Positions 32,647 to 43,758 are shown, counted from the first letter of the stretch. The stretch is 64,000 bases of DNA from Terriglobia bacterium (GCA_965206645.1 CBDBKE010000003.1:256001-320000), one strand, 5' to 3'. Program-made: numbers and translations. Notes: generated by a model not told the origin, from the sequence alone.

Positions 32647-32982
32647 TCAGTTGCTTGCCAGGACGCGTCCCACCGCTTTTTTCACCGCTTCGCCATCTCG
32701 TCTCGACAACGTCCCGAGCTTACGGACAACCAGAGCGTCATCGAGGGTGAAGAGCTTAAAACGGACCTTGCAGGGAACGTTGAGACCAGCTTCCCGCCAG
32801 CCCTGAATCGCTACGTCGCTCGGCCAATCGCTCCCGGCAGAGGTGATCATAGCCAGGATCGATTGTTCATGAGCTCGATTGAAGTTTGCCGATGAGATGA
32901 TCAAGGCCGGTCGACGCTTGGCGGCCTGGCGATCCGTGAAAGGAAAGGGGACGACGACCACATCAAGCGACTCAAAGGTCAC
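32647..32982 (-). CDS. MazF/PemK-family toxin
   Basis: DVVVVPFPFTD...KRRPALIIS...N, MITS. Confidence 0.9.
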   Translation of the reverse strand: MTFESLDVVVVPFPFTDRQAAKRRPALIISSANFNRAHEQSILAMITSAGSDWPSDVAIQGWREAGLNVPCKVRFKLFTLDDALVVRKLGTLSRRDGEAVKKAVGRVLASN

Positions 32983-33196
32983 GCCACGCTTCCTCGTCCT
33001 CGGGCGAGATCCATTCGCTCAGAACCTCGGAGAGGCCCTGCAGGTAGTCGTCCTGCCCCGGCATCACCTTGCGTACTACCAGATGATTACCCTTGATCTC
33101 GAAAGCGATCACATCACCCGCGCCCAGGTTGGCCGCCTCACGGATGCTCTTGGGGATCGTCGTCTGCCCACGTGCGGTGATTTTAGCGAGTTCCAT
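32972..33196 (-). CDS. AbrB/MazE-family antitoxin
   Basis: KITARGQTTIPKSIRE..L..GD.I.F; C-terminal EW.SPEDEEAWRDL; overlaps the toxin start. Confidence 0.9.
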   Translation of the reverse strand: MELAKITARGQTTIPKSIREAANLGAGDVIAFEIKGNHLVVRKVMPGQDDYLQGLSEVLSEWISPEDEEAWRDL

Positions 33197-33419
33197 TTGC
33201 TTACTTCACTGATATTCTGATCATACAGATAGTAAGATAGAACAGAACTGAACGCAATCCCATTTTGGCTGTACAAAGCGGGCCTGGAGGTGACGCGGCA
33301 GGGCCCAGCATTGCTTCACCGCGTCCGATCCGCAGAGCGGTGGCCAGTGGCGACTGAAAGGAACCATCTATGAGCAAGACTTCCAACGGCCCGAGGGGCA
33401 TGGGAGGATAGGCAACGAA

Positions 33420-33622
33420 ATTGAGAGAAAGCCTGAGCAGGGGGCCGTTCGGCCGTCAGCCATTGCAACAACAAACGGGCGGCCTCTGCCTGCCTCGCAT
33501 CGTCATCCACCAGATAGCGGACTGGGACGTTGGTATCCAGCGCGATCACTCTTCGCACGCTCCCTCGGCAACGGCCCGTTCCAAGTCCTCCAGCGTCACG
33601 GGCGGACCGTCATGTTTCAATG
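33420..33622 (-). pseudogene. Broken AbrB-PIN (VapBC-like) module
   Basis: AbrB C-terminus LKHDGPPVTLEDLERAVAEGA* (33546-33622, cut by IS5) overlaps GTG-IALDTNVPVRYLVDDDARQA, a PIN N-terminus that degenerates after about 36 codons. Confidence 0.7.
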
Positions 33623-35968
33623 GGCGTTGTTGCGTAATTCGCGCTCGCGGCGAACCGGGCCGAGAAGCTCATCCGCCTCAGTACACGCGCTCCGATCGTG
33701 GCATTCCAAGCTCCGCCATCCGGTTCAGCACAGCGCACTTGATCGCGGCTTCGACTGCTTGGTTCTTGACCGTGCGGGCCGAGAGGCTTACCCCGAGTAT
33801 CGCCTTGTACCGTGAGACCGCATTCTCCGCCACGCTCTGGCGAGTGCAGCCACTCGACTTCCGCCACTCATAACGGCCCTGCGTCCTAATACGCCGGAGA
33901 TGGGTATCACGCATCGCACGCCACGGAGGCGGATGAGAGTCTCGGCTGCATCGTGCATTGCGTCGCGGCAAGATCGTCACGATAGCGTCGTGCTGGAGCA
34001 CGGCCTCGTAGCAGGAACCCGTGTCGTAGGCCCGGTCTGCGGAGACTTGCCCGATCGAACCAGGAGTCTTAGACAGCAACGAAGAGAGCCTTCGGGCGTC
34101 GTGGACGTTGCTCGCAGTCAGGTCCATCGCAACGATCTCTTTCGTCGTCTCATCGACGCCTAGGTGGAGCTTTCGCCATGTCCTACGGCGGAGGGTTCGG
34201 TGTTTTCTGATGTGCCACTCACCGGCTCCGTAGATCTTCAGGCCCGTCGAATCGATGACGACATGTCGTGGTCGATCCGTGGGCCCTACACTCAGTCGGA
34301 CGTCGACGGCGCTTTGCCTTCGGCTCACCGTGCTGTAGTTGGGCACTGGGAGGTCGAGAGCCATGAGCGCCACGATGGATTGAAGGAACCCTTGAGTGGT
34401 CCGTAGGTTGAGGTGAAACACCGAATTCAGGACCAGCGCACATTGGATCGCCGCATCTGCGTAGACCTTGGGCCGGCCTCGCCCTTCGAAGGGTCCTGGA
34501 TGACGCCAGGCAGCGACTGCCTCCGTGTCGAACCACAGTGTCAGCTGCCCACGTTTCACCAGAGCCCGGTTGTACTCCTGACCTGCCGGCTTTCTTCGGA
34601 CCACCGATTACTGGAGAACAGCGCCAGTCGGCATGGTTAAGTCGCTCTCGTGTTCTTCTTGGTCAGCGTGAGCCGGCATCGCCGGCGAGCGCCCACCGTC
34701 ATCCGAGCCAGCACGGAGCTGCGCTTTGAACTCGGCTGGCGTCAGATAGCCAAGGCTTGAGTGCGGTCGCACGTCGTTGTAGTGCCGTCGCCATTGCTCG
34801 ATCCCCACCTTCGCGTCCACGCGGTTCCGAAACCACTGCAGGCTCAGATACTCGTCGCGGAACTTCCCGTTGAACGATTCGTCGGTCGCATTCTGCCACG
34901 GCTTGCCCGGCTCGATGAGCGCGGTTTCGATCTGCGCCTGGAGCAGCCACCGGAGAATCGCACCCGCAACAAACTCGGGGCCGTTGTCGGACCGGAGGTA
35001 ACGTGGGGCTCCGTGGACGCTCACGAGCTGCGTGAGCACCTCGATAACGCGCCCGGACCGAATGCCGCCGGCCACGTCGATCGCGAGTGACTCGCGGGTC
35101 CATTCGTCGACGACGGTGAGGCACTTGAGCGTCTGCCCATTCGCGCAGGTGTCGAACACGAAGTCGTACGCCCAGACGTGATTGACCGCAGTGGCGGGCA
35201 CCGGGCGGGGCCGGCTCAGGGCGACCCGGCGCCGCGGCCGCCGCCGAGGCACCTGCAACCCCGCCTGGCGCCAGAGGCGATGGGTCCGGTCCGTGCTCAT
35301 CGTGTGCCCTTCGCGTTTTAGGAAAATCCGAATCCGGCGATAGCCGTACCGCGGATACTGCGCCGCCAGACGACGCATCGCGGCCAGCGCCGGGGCATCC
35401 CGGTCGACCAGCCGCGACTGGTAGCCCAGCGTGGACCGTGCGACGGAGAGCAAGGCGCACGCGCGGCGACCCGACAGACCGCGTGCACGTGCATACGCGA
35501 CCTGCGGCCGGCGCACGCGTGCGCCTACCATTTTTTTCGGGTGATCTCCTTGAGCACGTCGATCTCCAGATCTCGATCGGCCACCATCTTTTTCAGCCGG
35601 CCGTTCTCCTGCTCGAGCTGCCGCAGCCGCTTCACATCGGCGGGCTCCAACGTGCCGAAGTGTTTCCGCCAGGCGTAGAGCGTCTGGGCGCTGACGCCGT
35701 TCTTTTTGGCCACCTCCGGAACGGGCCGCTGATCGGCCTCGCGGAGGATCGTCACCATCTGCTCTTCGGTAAACCGGGTCTTCTTCATGGCTCCCTCGTT
35801 TCTCCGAGGGCGCCATTCTCTCAGGCTTCAGCTGGTCCGGAAATCGCCAGGCAGGTCACTCCGGCCAGTTGCGAACCTTATATCGGAAGGTGTAGTCGCT
35901 TTTGCCCATCCCCTAGCCTATCAGGGGGGAGAGCGTTGGGGATGGAGTCAGATTTCTGCAACAACGCC
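33623..35968 (-). mobile_element. IS5-family element copy 4, interrupted by IS3
   Basis: Both IRs present; transposase split at NWPEY by the insertion at 34579-35858. Confidence 0.92.
34579..35858 (-). mobile_element. IS3-family element type A copy 1 (orfA 35525-35788, orfB to 34608)
   Basis: TGACCTGCC...GGCAGGTCA IRs; 4-bp target duplication CTCC; A7 slippery run at the orfA end; rve motifs WAYDF, RSDNGPEF. Confidence 0.94.
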
Positions 35969-36041
35969 GGCCAGCAAAGCAAACAAAGCAATTTTCATAA
36001 TTGGAATCTCCTCAGAGAAACGCGCTGAGCCACGGCGAGAC

Positions 36042-38903
36042 CTACTTGCCCTTCAGTTGCTCCCAGGTCTTCGGTCGCCATTCCCGCGCCAATCGCTGGG
36101 CCTCGGCGACTTGTGAAGCAGTCATCTTCTCTGCCAGTTTGTCCCTCGCTACTCGGTAATCCTCTGCTTTCCTTGTAGTAGTCCGTGAGGCCGCCAAGTT
36201 AACCCACTTGTGGGCTTGGACGTAGTCCTGGGGTACGCCATCCCCGTTGGCGTACATGAAACCGAGGTTGTGTTGGGCACTAGCGTCGCCCTGCTCGGCG
36301 GCCTTGCGATACCAACCCACGGCCTCTTGGTAGTCTTGGGGCACGCCCTCGCCTTTGTCGTACATGACACCGAGGTTGTATTGGGCAGCAGCGTCGCCCT
36401 GCTCGGCAGCTTTGCGATACCAACTCCTGGCCTCGGCATCGTTCTCCGGTACGCCCTCGCCTTTGTCGTACATGACACCGAGGCTGAATTGGGCACCAGC
36501 GTCGCCCTGCTCGGCGGCCTTGCGATACCACTTCACAGCCTCAGCATCGTTTTCCGGCACGCCATCCCCGTTGGCGTACATGAAACCGAGGTTGAATTGG
36601 GCACCGGCGGTCCCCTGTTCGGCGGCGAGCCGAAACCACTTCACAGCCTCGGCATCGTTCTCCGCCACACCCGTACCATCGGCGTACATGACACCAAGGT
36701 TGAGCTGAGCGCGGGCTACTCCCTGCTCAGCGGCCATCCGGTACCACTTCACAGCCTCAGCATCGTTTTCCGGCACGCCATCCCCGTTGGCGTACATGAA
36801 ACCGAGGTTGAATTGGGCACCGGCGGTCCCCTGTTCGGCGGCGAGCCGAAACCACTTCACAGCCTCGGCATCGTTCTCCGCCACACCCTCACCGTCGGCG
36901 TATATGGCACCGAGGAAGTATTGGGCACCGGCGTGACCTTGTTCGGCGGCGAGCCGATACCACTTCACAGCCTCAGCATCGTTTTCCGGTACGCCCTCGC
37001 CGTTGTCGTACATGAGACCGAGGCTGAATTGGGCACCGGCGTCGCCCTGCTCGGCGGCCTTGCGAAACCACTTCACAGCCTCGGCATCGTTCTCCGCCAC
37101 ACCCTCACCGTCGGCGTATATGGCACCGAGGAAGTATTGGGCATTGGCGTGACCCTGCTCGGCGGCGAGCCGATACCACTTCACAACCTCAGCATCGTTT
37201 TCCGGCACGCCATCCCCGTTGGCGTACATGAAACCGAGGTTGAGCTGAGCGCGGGCTACTCCCTGCTCAGCGGCCATCCGGTACCACTTCACGGCCTCGG
37301 CATCGTTTTCCGGCACGCCCTCGCCGTTGGCGTACATGGCACCGAGGAAGTATTGGGCATTGGCGTGACCCTGCTCGGCGGCGAGCCGATACCACTTCAC
37401 AGCCTCAGCATCGTTTTCCGGCACGCCATCCCCGTTGGCGTACATGAAACCGAGGTTGAGCTGAGCGCGGGCTACTCCCTGCTCAGCGGCCATCCGGTAC
37501 CACTTCACGGCCTCGGCATCGTTTTCCGGCACGCCCTCGCCGTTGGCGTACATGGCACCGAGGAAGTATTGGGCATTGGCGTGACCCTGCTCGGCGGCGA
37601 GCCGAAACCACTTCACAGCCTCAGCATCGTTTTCCGGTACGCCCTCGCCTCTGGCGTACCGGAGGCCGAGTAAGAATTGGGCATTGGCGTGACCTTGTTC
37701 GGCGGCGAGCCGATACCACTTCACAGCCTCGGCATCGTTTTCCGGCACACCCTCGCCTCTGGCGTACCGGAGGCCGAGTAAGAATTGGGCACCGGCGTGA
37801 CCTTGTTCGGCGGCGAGCCGATACCACTTCACAGCCTCGGCATCGTTTTCCGGCACACCCTCGCCTCTGGTGTGCATGACACCGAGTCTGGCTTGGGCCG
37901 TAGCGTTCCCCTGCTCAGCGGCCATCCGGTACCACTTTGCGGCCTCGGCATTGTCCTGCGGCACACCCGCACCATCGGCGTACATGACACCAAGGTTGAG
38001 CTGAGCGCGGGCTACTCCCTGCTCAGCGGCCATCCGGTACCACTTCACGGCCTCGGCATCGTTTTCCGGCACGCCCTCGCCGTTGGCGTACATGGCACCG
38101 AGGAAGTATTGGGCATTGGCGTGACCCTGCTCGGCGGCGAGCCGATACCACTTCACAGCCTCAGCATCGTCTTCCGGCACGCCCTCGCCGTTGGCGTACA
38201 TGGCACCGAGGAAGTATTGGGCATTGGCGTGACCTTGTTCGGCGGCGAGCCGATACCACTTCACAGCCTCGGCATCGTTTTCCGGCACACCCTCGCCTCT
38301 GGCGTACCGGAGGCCGAGTAAGAATTGGGCACCGGCGTGACCTTGTTCGGCGGCGAGCCGATACCACTTCACAGCCTCGGCATCGTTTTCCGGCACGCCC
38401 TCGCCGTTGGCGTACATGGCACCGAGGAAGTATTGGGCATTGGCGTGACCTTGTTCGGCGGCGAGCCGATACCACTTCACAGCCTCGGCATCGTTTTCCG
38501 GCGCACCCTCGCCTCTGGTGTGCATGACACCGAGTCTGGCTTGGGCCGTAGCGTTCCCCTGCTCAGCGGCGAGCCGATACCACTTCACGGCCTCGGCATC
38601 GTTTTCCGGCACGCCCTCGCCGTTGGCGTACATGGCACCGAGGAAGTATTGGGCATTGGCGTGACCCTGCTCGGCGGCGAGCCGATACCACTTCACAGCC
38701 TCAGCATCGTTTTCCGGTGCGCCCTCGCCGTTGGCGTACCGGAGGCCGAGTAAGAATTGGGCATCGGCGTCACCCTGATCGGCGCGGCGGCGGATTTCCG
38801 TGAGCGGGTCCGGGTCCTGCCCGAGCGCCCAAGGCGCGATTAGCGTCAACGCCAGCACGGAAAGGGCAAGAACCGCCGTCTGTCTCCTTTTTGCCCGTTT
38901 CAT
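36042..38903 (-). CDS. Secreted Sel1-like repeat protein, 24 x 36-aa repeats
   Basis: Signal peptide; repeats AxAQxxLGxxYxxGEGVPENDAEAVKWYRLAAEQG; capping QAHKWVNLAA...MTASQVAEAQRLAREW. Confidence 0.95.
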   Translation of the reverse strand: MKRAKRRQTAVLALSVLALTLIAPWALGQDPDPLTEIRRRADQGDADAQFLLGLRYANGEGAPENDAEAVKWYRLAAEQGHANAQYFLGAMYANGEGVPENDAEAVKWYRLAAEQGNATAQARLGVMHTRGEGAPENDAEAVKWYRLAAEQGHANAQYFLGAMYANGEGVPENDAEAVKWYRLAAEQGHAGAQFLLGLRYARGEGVPENDAEAVKWYRLAAEQGHANAQYFLGAMYANGEGVPEDDAEAVKWYRLAAEQGHANAQYFLGAMYANGEGVPENDAEAVKWYRMAAEQGVARAQLNLGVMYADGAGVPQDNAEAAKWYRMAAEQGNATAQARLGVMHTRGEGVPENDAEAVKWYRLAAEQGHAGAQFLLGLRYARGEGVPENDAEAVKWYRLAAEQGHANAQFLLGLRYARGEGVPENDAEAVKWFRLAAEQGHANAQYFLGAMYANGEGVPENDAEAVKWYRMAAEQGVARAQLNLGFMYANGDGVPENDAEAVKWYRLAAEQGHANAQYFLGAMYANGEGVPENDAEAVKWYRMAAEQGVARAQLNLGFMYANGDGVPENDAEVVKWYRLAAEQGHANAQYFLGAIYADGEGVAENDAEAVKWFRKAAEQGDAGAQFSLGLMYDNGEGVPENDAEAVKWYRLAAEQGHAGAQYFLGAIYADGEGVAENDAEAVKWFRLAAEQGTAGAQFNLGFMYANGDGVPENDAEAVKWYRMAAEQGVARAQLNLGVMYADGTGVAENDAEAVKWFRLAAEQGTAGAQFNLGFMYANGDGVPENDAEAVKWYRKAAEQGDAGAQFSLGVMYDKGEGVPENDAEARSWYRKAAEQGDAAAQYNLGVMYDKGEGVPQDYQEAVGWYRKAAEQGDASAQHNLGFMYANGDGVPQDYVQAHKWVNLAASRTTTRKAEDYRVARDKLAEKMTASQVAEAQRLAREWRPKTWEQLKGK

Positions 38904-39079
38904 CGTTCTTCCAAATCAGTCGGCCCATTCTCCCACGCTCCCAAGGCAATAACCACACAGAAACAAGCCGGCCACAAAAGGGGGCTAAACGTCCTTGAGA
39001 GAGAACTAGCGGTTGGGGCCATAGTCTCGATCCGGCCCGAACCGCTGCTGCTGTATTTGCCGCGGATATGGTTCAGCCC

Positions 39080-39713
39080 GGTACTGTCAAGTTAGCGTTC
39101 GTCGAGCGAGCCGGTACTCGGGATCGTGATCTCAGTTCGAGTCAGGCGGCGATCGTGACTGCATCCCAAATGAGAAAAGAGCGTCCTCGTAGCTCCCGAT
39201 GATGCACCGCTCGCACCAGGTGACGGCCAACGCGGAAGAGGTTGCGGACGAGTCCATGCACGGACAAGAATCGTTGTGCCTGCCCGGGAGATTTGAACCG
39301 GCGCATTTGTCGCTCGCGTTGCCGTGTGGGCTGGTGGGAGACTTCGGCGCGATTGTTCTCGTATCGGTCCGTGCGATGGGCGACGGACGGCATGACCGCT
39401 CGGTGCGCAGCCCTGTAGCTGCTCAGCTTGTCGGTGACCAACCGCCCAGGCGTACGCTCCTGGCCCTTCAACAGCTTGCGGAAAAAGCGTGTAGCCGCCC
39501 GACAGTCGCGATGCGACTGGACGAGGATATCGATGACGTCACCATCTTGATCGACGGCACGCCAGAGATAGCGCCGCTGTCCCTGGATGGTGACGAAGAC
39601 CTCGTCCAGGTGCCAGATGTCGCCCAGCCGGCCCTGTCGACGCTTGAGCCGGCGAGCGTATACTGAACCGAACGTGAGGCACCACAGCCGGATCGCTTCG
39701 TAGGACACCGCAA
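39080..39713 (-). mobile_element. IS6-family element, 5'-truncated (transposase remnant 39142-39708)
   Basis: SYEAIRLW, WHLDEVF, YLWRAVDQDG, VTDKL.SY, NNRAE.SHQP; IR GGTACTGTCAAGTT at 39080; N-terminus replaced by a miniature element. Confidence 0.88.
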
Positions 39714-39832
39714 GGTATTGTCAAGTTGAGGCTGACGGCTGTTTTTGATGCTCAGCATGGCGGGTTCGAGACGGGCTGGAGCGCAATATCTTGGGGGTCG
39801 ATCGACGAGCTTTTCGTCAACTTGACAATGCC
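39714..39832. mobile_element. 119-bp miniature element with IS6-type IRs
   Basis: GGTATTGTCAAGTTGA ... TCAACTTGACAATGCC; interior unrelated to the 28293 element. Confidence 0.7.
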
Positions 39833-42334
39833 GCTCAGTTAGCTCGGTATGTTCGGCGCGACGACCTGGACCGCTTTCGACAGGTTGTGCTTGATGTCCT
39901 CAGCGTACCCGATCCGCAATTTGACCTGCCGCTTGAGGAGCGCTGGAGTGCTGGTGTCCATGGCCAAGTGCCCGCACACTCATCCGGCTTGTGTGAAGGA
40001 CTGGCGGCGACGTTGGCAATCATGGGAGCGCGCGAAGAGGTTCCCACGGTTGCAGGAGGAGTGACCTTGCGCCAGCAAGCCGAGTCGATCGTAAATGAGC
40101 TACTTGGCCGCGCAAATCAGGACATGAGACTCTGGCTTTCCCTTAGCCATGTGCTTCCCTTGCTGGCCGAGGCAGCCCCGGACGTGTTCCTGGAAGCGGT
40201 AGAAGACGGACTCAACGGTGACAACCCTGTGGTTATGGAGCTTTTTGTCGAAGCCCCAGGTCCATTGTTTGGGTCGGCCCACCATACGGGACTCTTGTGG
40301 GCACTCGAGTCGCTCGCTTGGAGTCCGGATCATCTTGCTCGTGCGGCGCTCGTCCTTGCGACCCTGGCACGCCGGGATCCTGGGGGTCAGTGGGCGAACC
40401 GGCCTGCGGAGAGTCTGCGGGGGGTCTTCTTGCCATGGTCGCCTCAGACGACGGCGAGGGTGGAAAAGCGGATGAGTATCATTGATCGACTACGGGAGCG
40501 CACACCCGACGTTAGTTGGAAGTTGATGAAAGAACTCTTACCTGAGACACATGGCACCGGCCATTTCTCAGCGAAACCACAGTGGCGAGATTGGGCTCCC
40601 GACGAGGGTCCGCAAGTCACACGCGGGGAGTTGTTTGAAGTAACGAAGGAAGTCCTGCAGCGATTGCTTGAGGACGTTGGGGCGCTGAGGTCGCGCTGGG
40701 AGGATTTGATCCGTGCTCTCGCGGATCTGCCACTCGAGTTGTATCAAATGATCGTTGAACGCCTCGGTAGTCTCGACGCGGATGCTCTAGAGGAGGAAAG
40801 TCGCGTTCGGATTTGGTCTGCGCTTCGCACGCTTCTCTCGCATCATCGGTCCTTTTCCGATGCACAGTGGGCGCTTCCTGCGGATCGCCTTGACCAGCTT
40901 GATGATTTGTTGGAGCGTTTTGCTCCGGAGGATTTCTCCGATCGTTTTGGTTGGCTGTTCGCCGACCACATAGAGCTTCCTGAAGGCATGGAGCAGGACT
41001 GGGATGCGAAAGAACACGCTGTGGAAGCTGCACGGCTCGACGCTGTCAGAAAGATCCATGGGGAGCGCGGTCTGAAAGGGCTTCTCGCGTTGGTGCCTTC
41101 ACTTGAGCGCGCGTGCTGGTTGGGAGCCACGCTGGTCAAGGGCGATCTTGTCGGTGAGCATGAGGAGAACGCGATCTTATCGGAATACTTGGCCCATGAG
41201 GACAGCAAGAAATCGGATTTCGTGCAAGGTTTAGTGTTCGAACGAACCCGTACGCGTGGCATCGAGTGGGTGCGAGCGAAGGTCCTTGGTCCCGGCCAGG
41301 GTTGGGCTGCCAAACAGCGTGGAGTGTTTTTGAGGCATGTGCAGCCTCAACCAGCAGCCTGGGATCTCGTATCCCAGCTCGGTGCAGAAACTGAGAAAGA
41401 GTACTGGCGGGCGATGGTTCCATGGAGATTCGAAAAGAAACATTACAACGATTACCTCGTGCGGAAACTGTTGGAGCATAATTGGCCATTTACCGCCACT
41501 CAGGTGCTCCATGCGGGTCTTCGAAATGAGGCCGATGTTTCCCAGTCTCTTATCGCGGATGTCCTTGAGGCAGCCATCCGTGCAGACCCCCAAAGGGATC
41601 ACTACGGGCATTCGTTCTCCTTTTGCGCCGCGCAGTTGCTCGACCGGCTGGTTTCAGGGGAAGTGGCCGAAGAACGCATCGCCCGCATCGAATGGGCCTA
41701 CCAGCCGTTACTGCGGTCTGATCGCGAACCGAAGTTTCTTCAAGGGGAACTCGGTCGCAGTCCGTCGTTTTTCGCCGAGATTGTGTCGCTTATCTATTGT
41801 GCTGAAGGTGAAGAGCCCGGCGCTGTATCAGAAGAACGGAGGAATATGGCGCGTCTTGGCCACGACCTCCTGGACTCTTGGCATACGCCTCCGGGCTCGA
41901 CAGAAGATGGCTACGTTAATGCGCAGGAACTGCGCGAATGGATCGACCACGCTCGTCGTCTTGTTGCGGAGGGTGGACGTGGAGCGATCGGCGATGAAGT
42001 GATCGGGAGAGTGTTAAGTGGTTCGCCAAGAGGACAGGACGGCACGTGGCCCGTGGAAGCGATTCGTAACGTCATTGAAGATGTTGCAAATAGGGATTTG
42101 GAACGTGGCTTTGAGGTCGGAACCTTTAATGGCCGAGGTGTGGTAAGAAAGAATCCGGCTGAGGGCGGAGAACAGGAGCGTCAATTGACAAAGCGATACG
42201 AGAAGCATGCGGAAGCGGTGGGCGACCGGTGGCCGCGGACTGCCGCCATGCTGCGAAGGATAGCGGAGACGTATCGGACGGAGGCCCGCAGAGAGGACGA
42301 TCAGTCGGAACTGATGGGAAATCTTGATCAGTAG
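39833..42334 (+). pseudogene. 5'-truncated large alpha-helical protein, putative defence-island gene
   Basis: Open frame of about 830 codons starting at the MITE boundary (the annotated TTG lies inside the MITE); motifs LPLLAEAAPDVFL, LLWALESLAW, GGQWANRP..SL, EGGEQER.L, WPRTAA.L; next to type I R-M remnants. Confidence 0.6.
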
Positions 42335-42657
42335 TGCCACTTGACCTTCGACGGCTTGAACATGAGCACTGGAGAAGCGAATTGTATTGCCGCCTAATCA
42401 ACGAAATCTCGAAACACTTGGCGATAGGGGTTGGGTGGTTCATACTCGTGGATTTGGAGAGTCCTGGTTTCCGGAAATTCTTATATCTGACTTATGTAGC
42501 CACCTAGCTTGGAAAGAACTCATGCCCCAGAGTGAACGGGTTCTAAACCCGTATTTTCGATTTGATTCCGACATTTCAACATTGCAGAGAACTTCAGCGT
42601 CCCTATTGATAGGGGCTCAAGCACCATCAAAGTGCCATGGAGCTCAAGCACCTAATG

Positions 42658-42840
42658 GGTGCGGTCGCCTTGCCATCGTCTGCGGAGCAGGCCGCTATCG
42701 TTGCGTACGTCGATCATGCCGTCGCCGATGTAGCAACATCTACAGACCGCGCGGGGTGGCAGGTCGACCTCATCCGGGAATACCACACACGCCTCATCGC
42801 GGACGTAGTCACCGGCAAGCTCGATGTTCGAGAGGCGGTC
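42658..42840 (+). pseudogene. hsdS: Type I R-M specificity subunit C-terminal remnant
   Basis: LP...EQAAIVAYVD...LIREYHTRLIADVVTGKLDVREA, the conserved HsdS C-terminus. Confidence 0.8.
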
Positions 42841-43758
42841 GAGTTCTGGTTCCGGCCTGTGGCCGCCGCCAGTGGTCGGCACCGGCTCGATCTCAGCGTC
42901 CTCGTCCGCCAGCAGGACGTGTATCGCCACCTTCTTCTCGACCCGGTAGCTGTCCATGTCGATGGACTCAAGGATGCCTTTGGACAGATCCTTTTCCACG
43001 GGCGCGGGGAGCTTTGGCACGAGGAAGTTCAGGAAGATGGAGAGCTTCTCCCACTCGGCGTTCGTGTAAGGCAGGATCGAAGCGAGGAAGCCGTACCCGT
43101 GCACGAACGCCTTGGCCTTGCCCTTGAAGTCCACCTGCCCGTCCTCGTCGAGTTGCTCCTTGTAGACCGCAACACAGGCGTCGAGGATGGGGTCGGACTG
43201 GTCGCGGTCGGCCCCACCCAGGTAGAGCGTCACGAGTCGCTCGATCTCCGCGTCTGCATACACCTGATAGCCGTCGAGTTCAACCTTGAGGTCGTGCAGC
43301 TTGTTGGGATCCGTCTTCTCGCTAAGGATCGTCGCCCGGTAGTAGTCAGCGAACACCTCCCGAACGGTATCGGAACCGTTCATGAAGTCGAGCACAAACG
43401 CGTCATGTTTCTGCGGGTGCGCCCGATTGAGACGCGACAGCGTCTGGACCGCCTTTATCCCGGACAAGATCTTGTCCACGCACATTGTGTGCAACAGCGG
43501 CTCGTCGTAGCCGGTCTGGAACTTGTCGGCACAAATGAGTAACCGTTACGGGTCCTGCTGGATCTCGTCGGCGATGCGCCTGGAAGGGAAGCCATTGAGG
43601 GCCACCTCACTGACCTGCAACCCGCCAAACTCGTGCTCGCCTGAGAAGGCGACGATGGCCTGATACGTGCTCTTGCGCTCCAGCAGGTACTGCCGGATCG
43701 CGTGGTAATACTGGATCGCGAGATCGATGTCACAATGAACCCGACGCGCGGGTACAAC
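42823..43758 (-). pseudogene. hsdR: Type I R-M restriction subunit internal remnant
   Basis: AIVAFSG, DP*RLLICADKFQTGYDEPLLHTM.VDK.L.GIKAVQTLSRLNR, VLDF.N; in-frame TAA at 43546-43548; cut by IS3. Confidence 0.85.

Noticed and set aside
36150-38770. Regular ~108-bp repeats as a CRISPR array
   Set aside because: They are in-frame Sel1 coding repeats, with no unique spacers and no cas genes.
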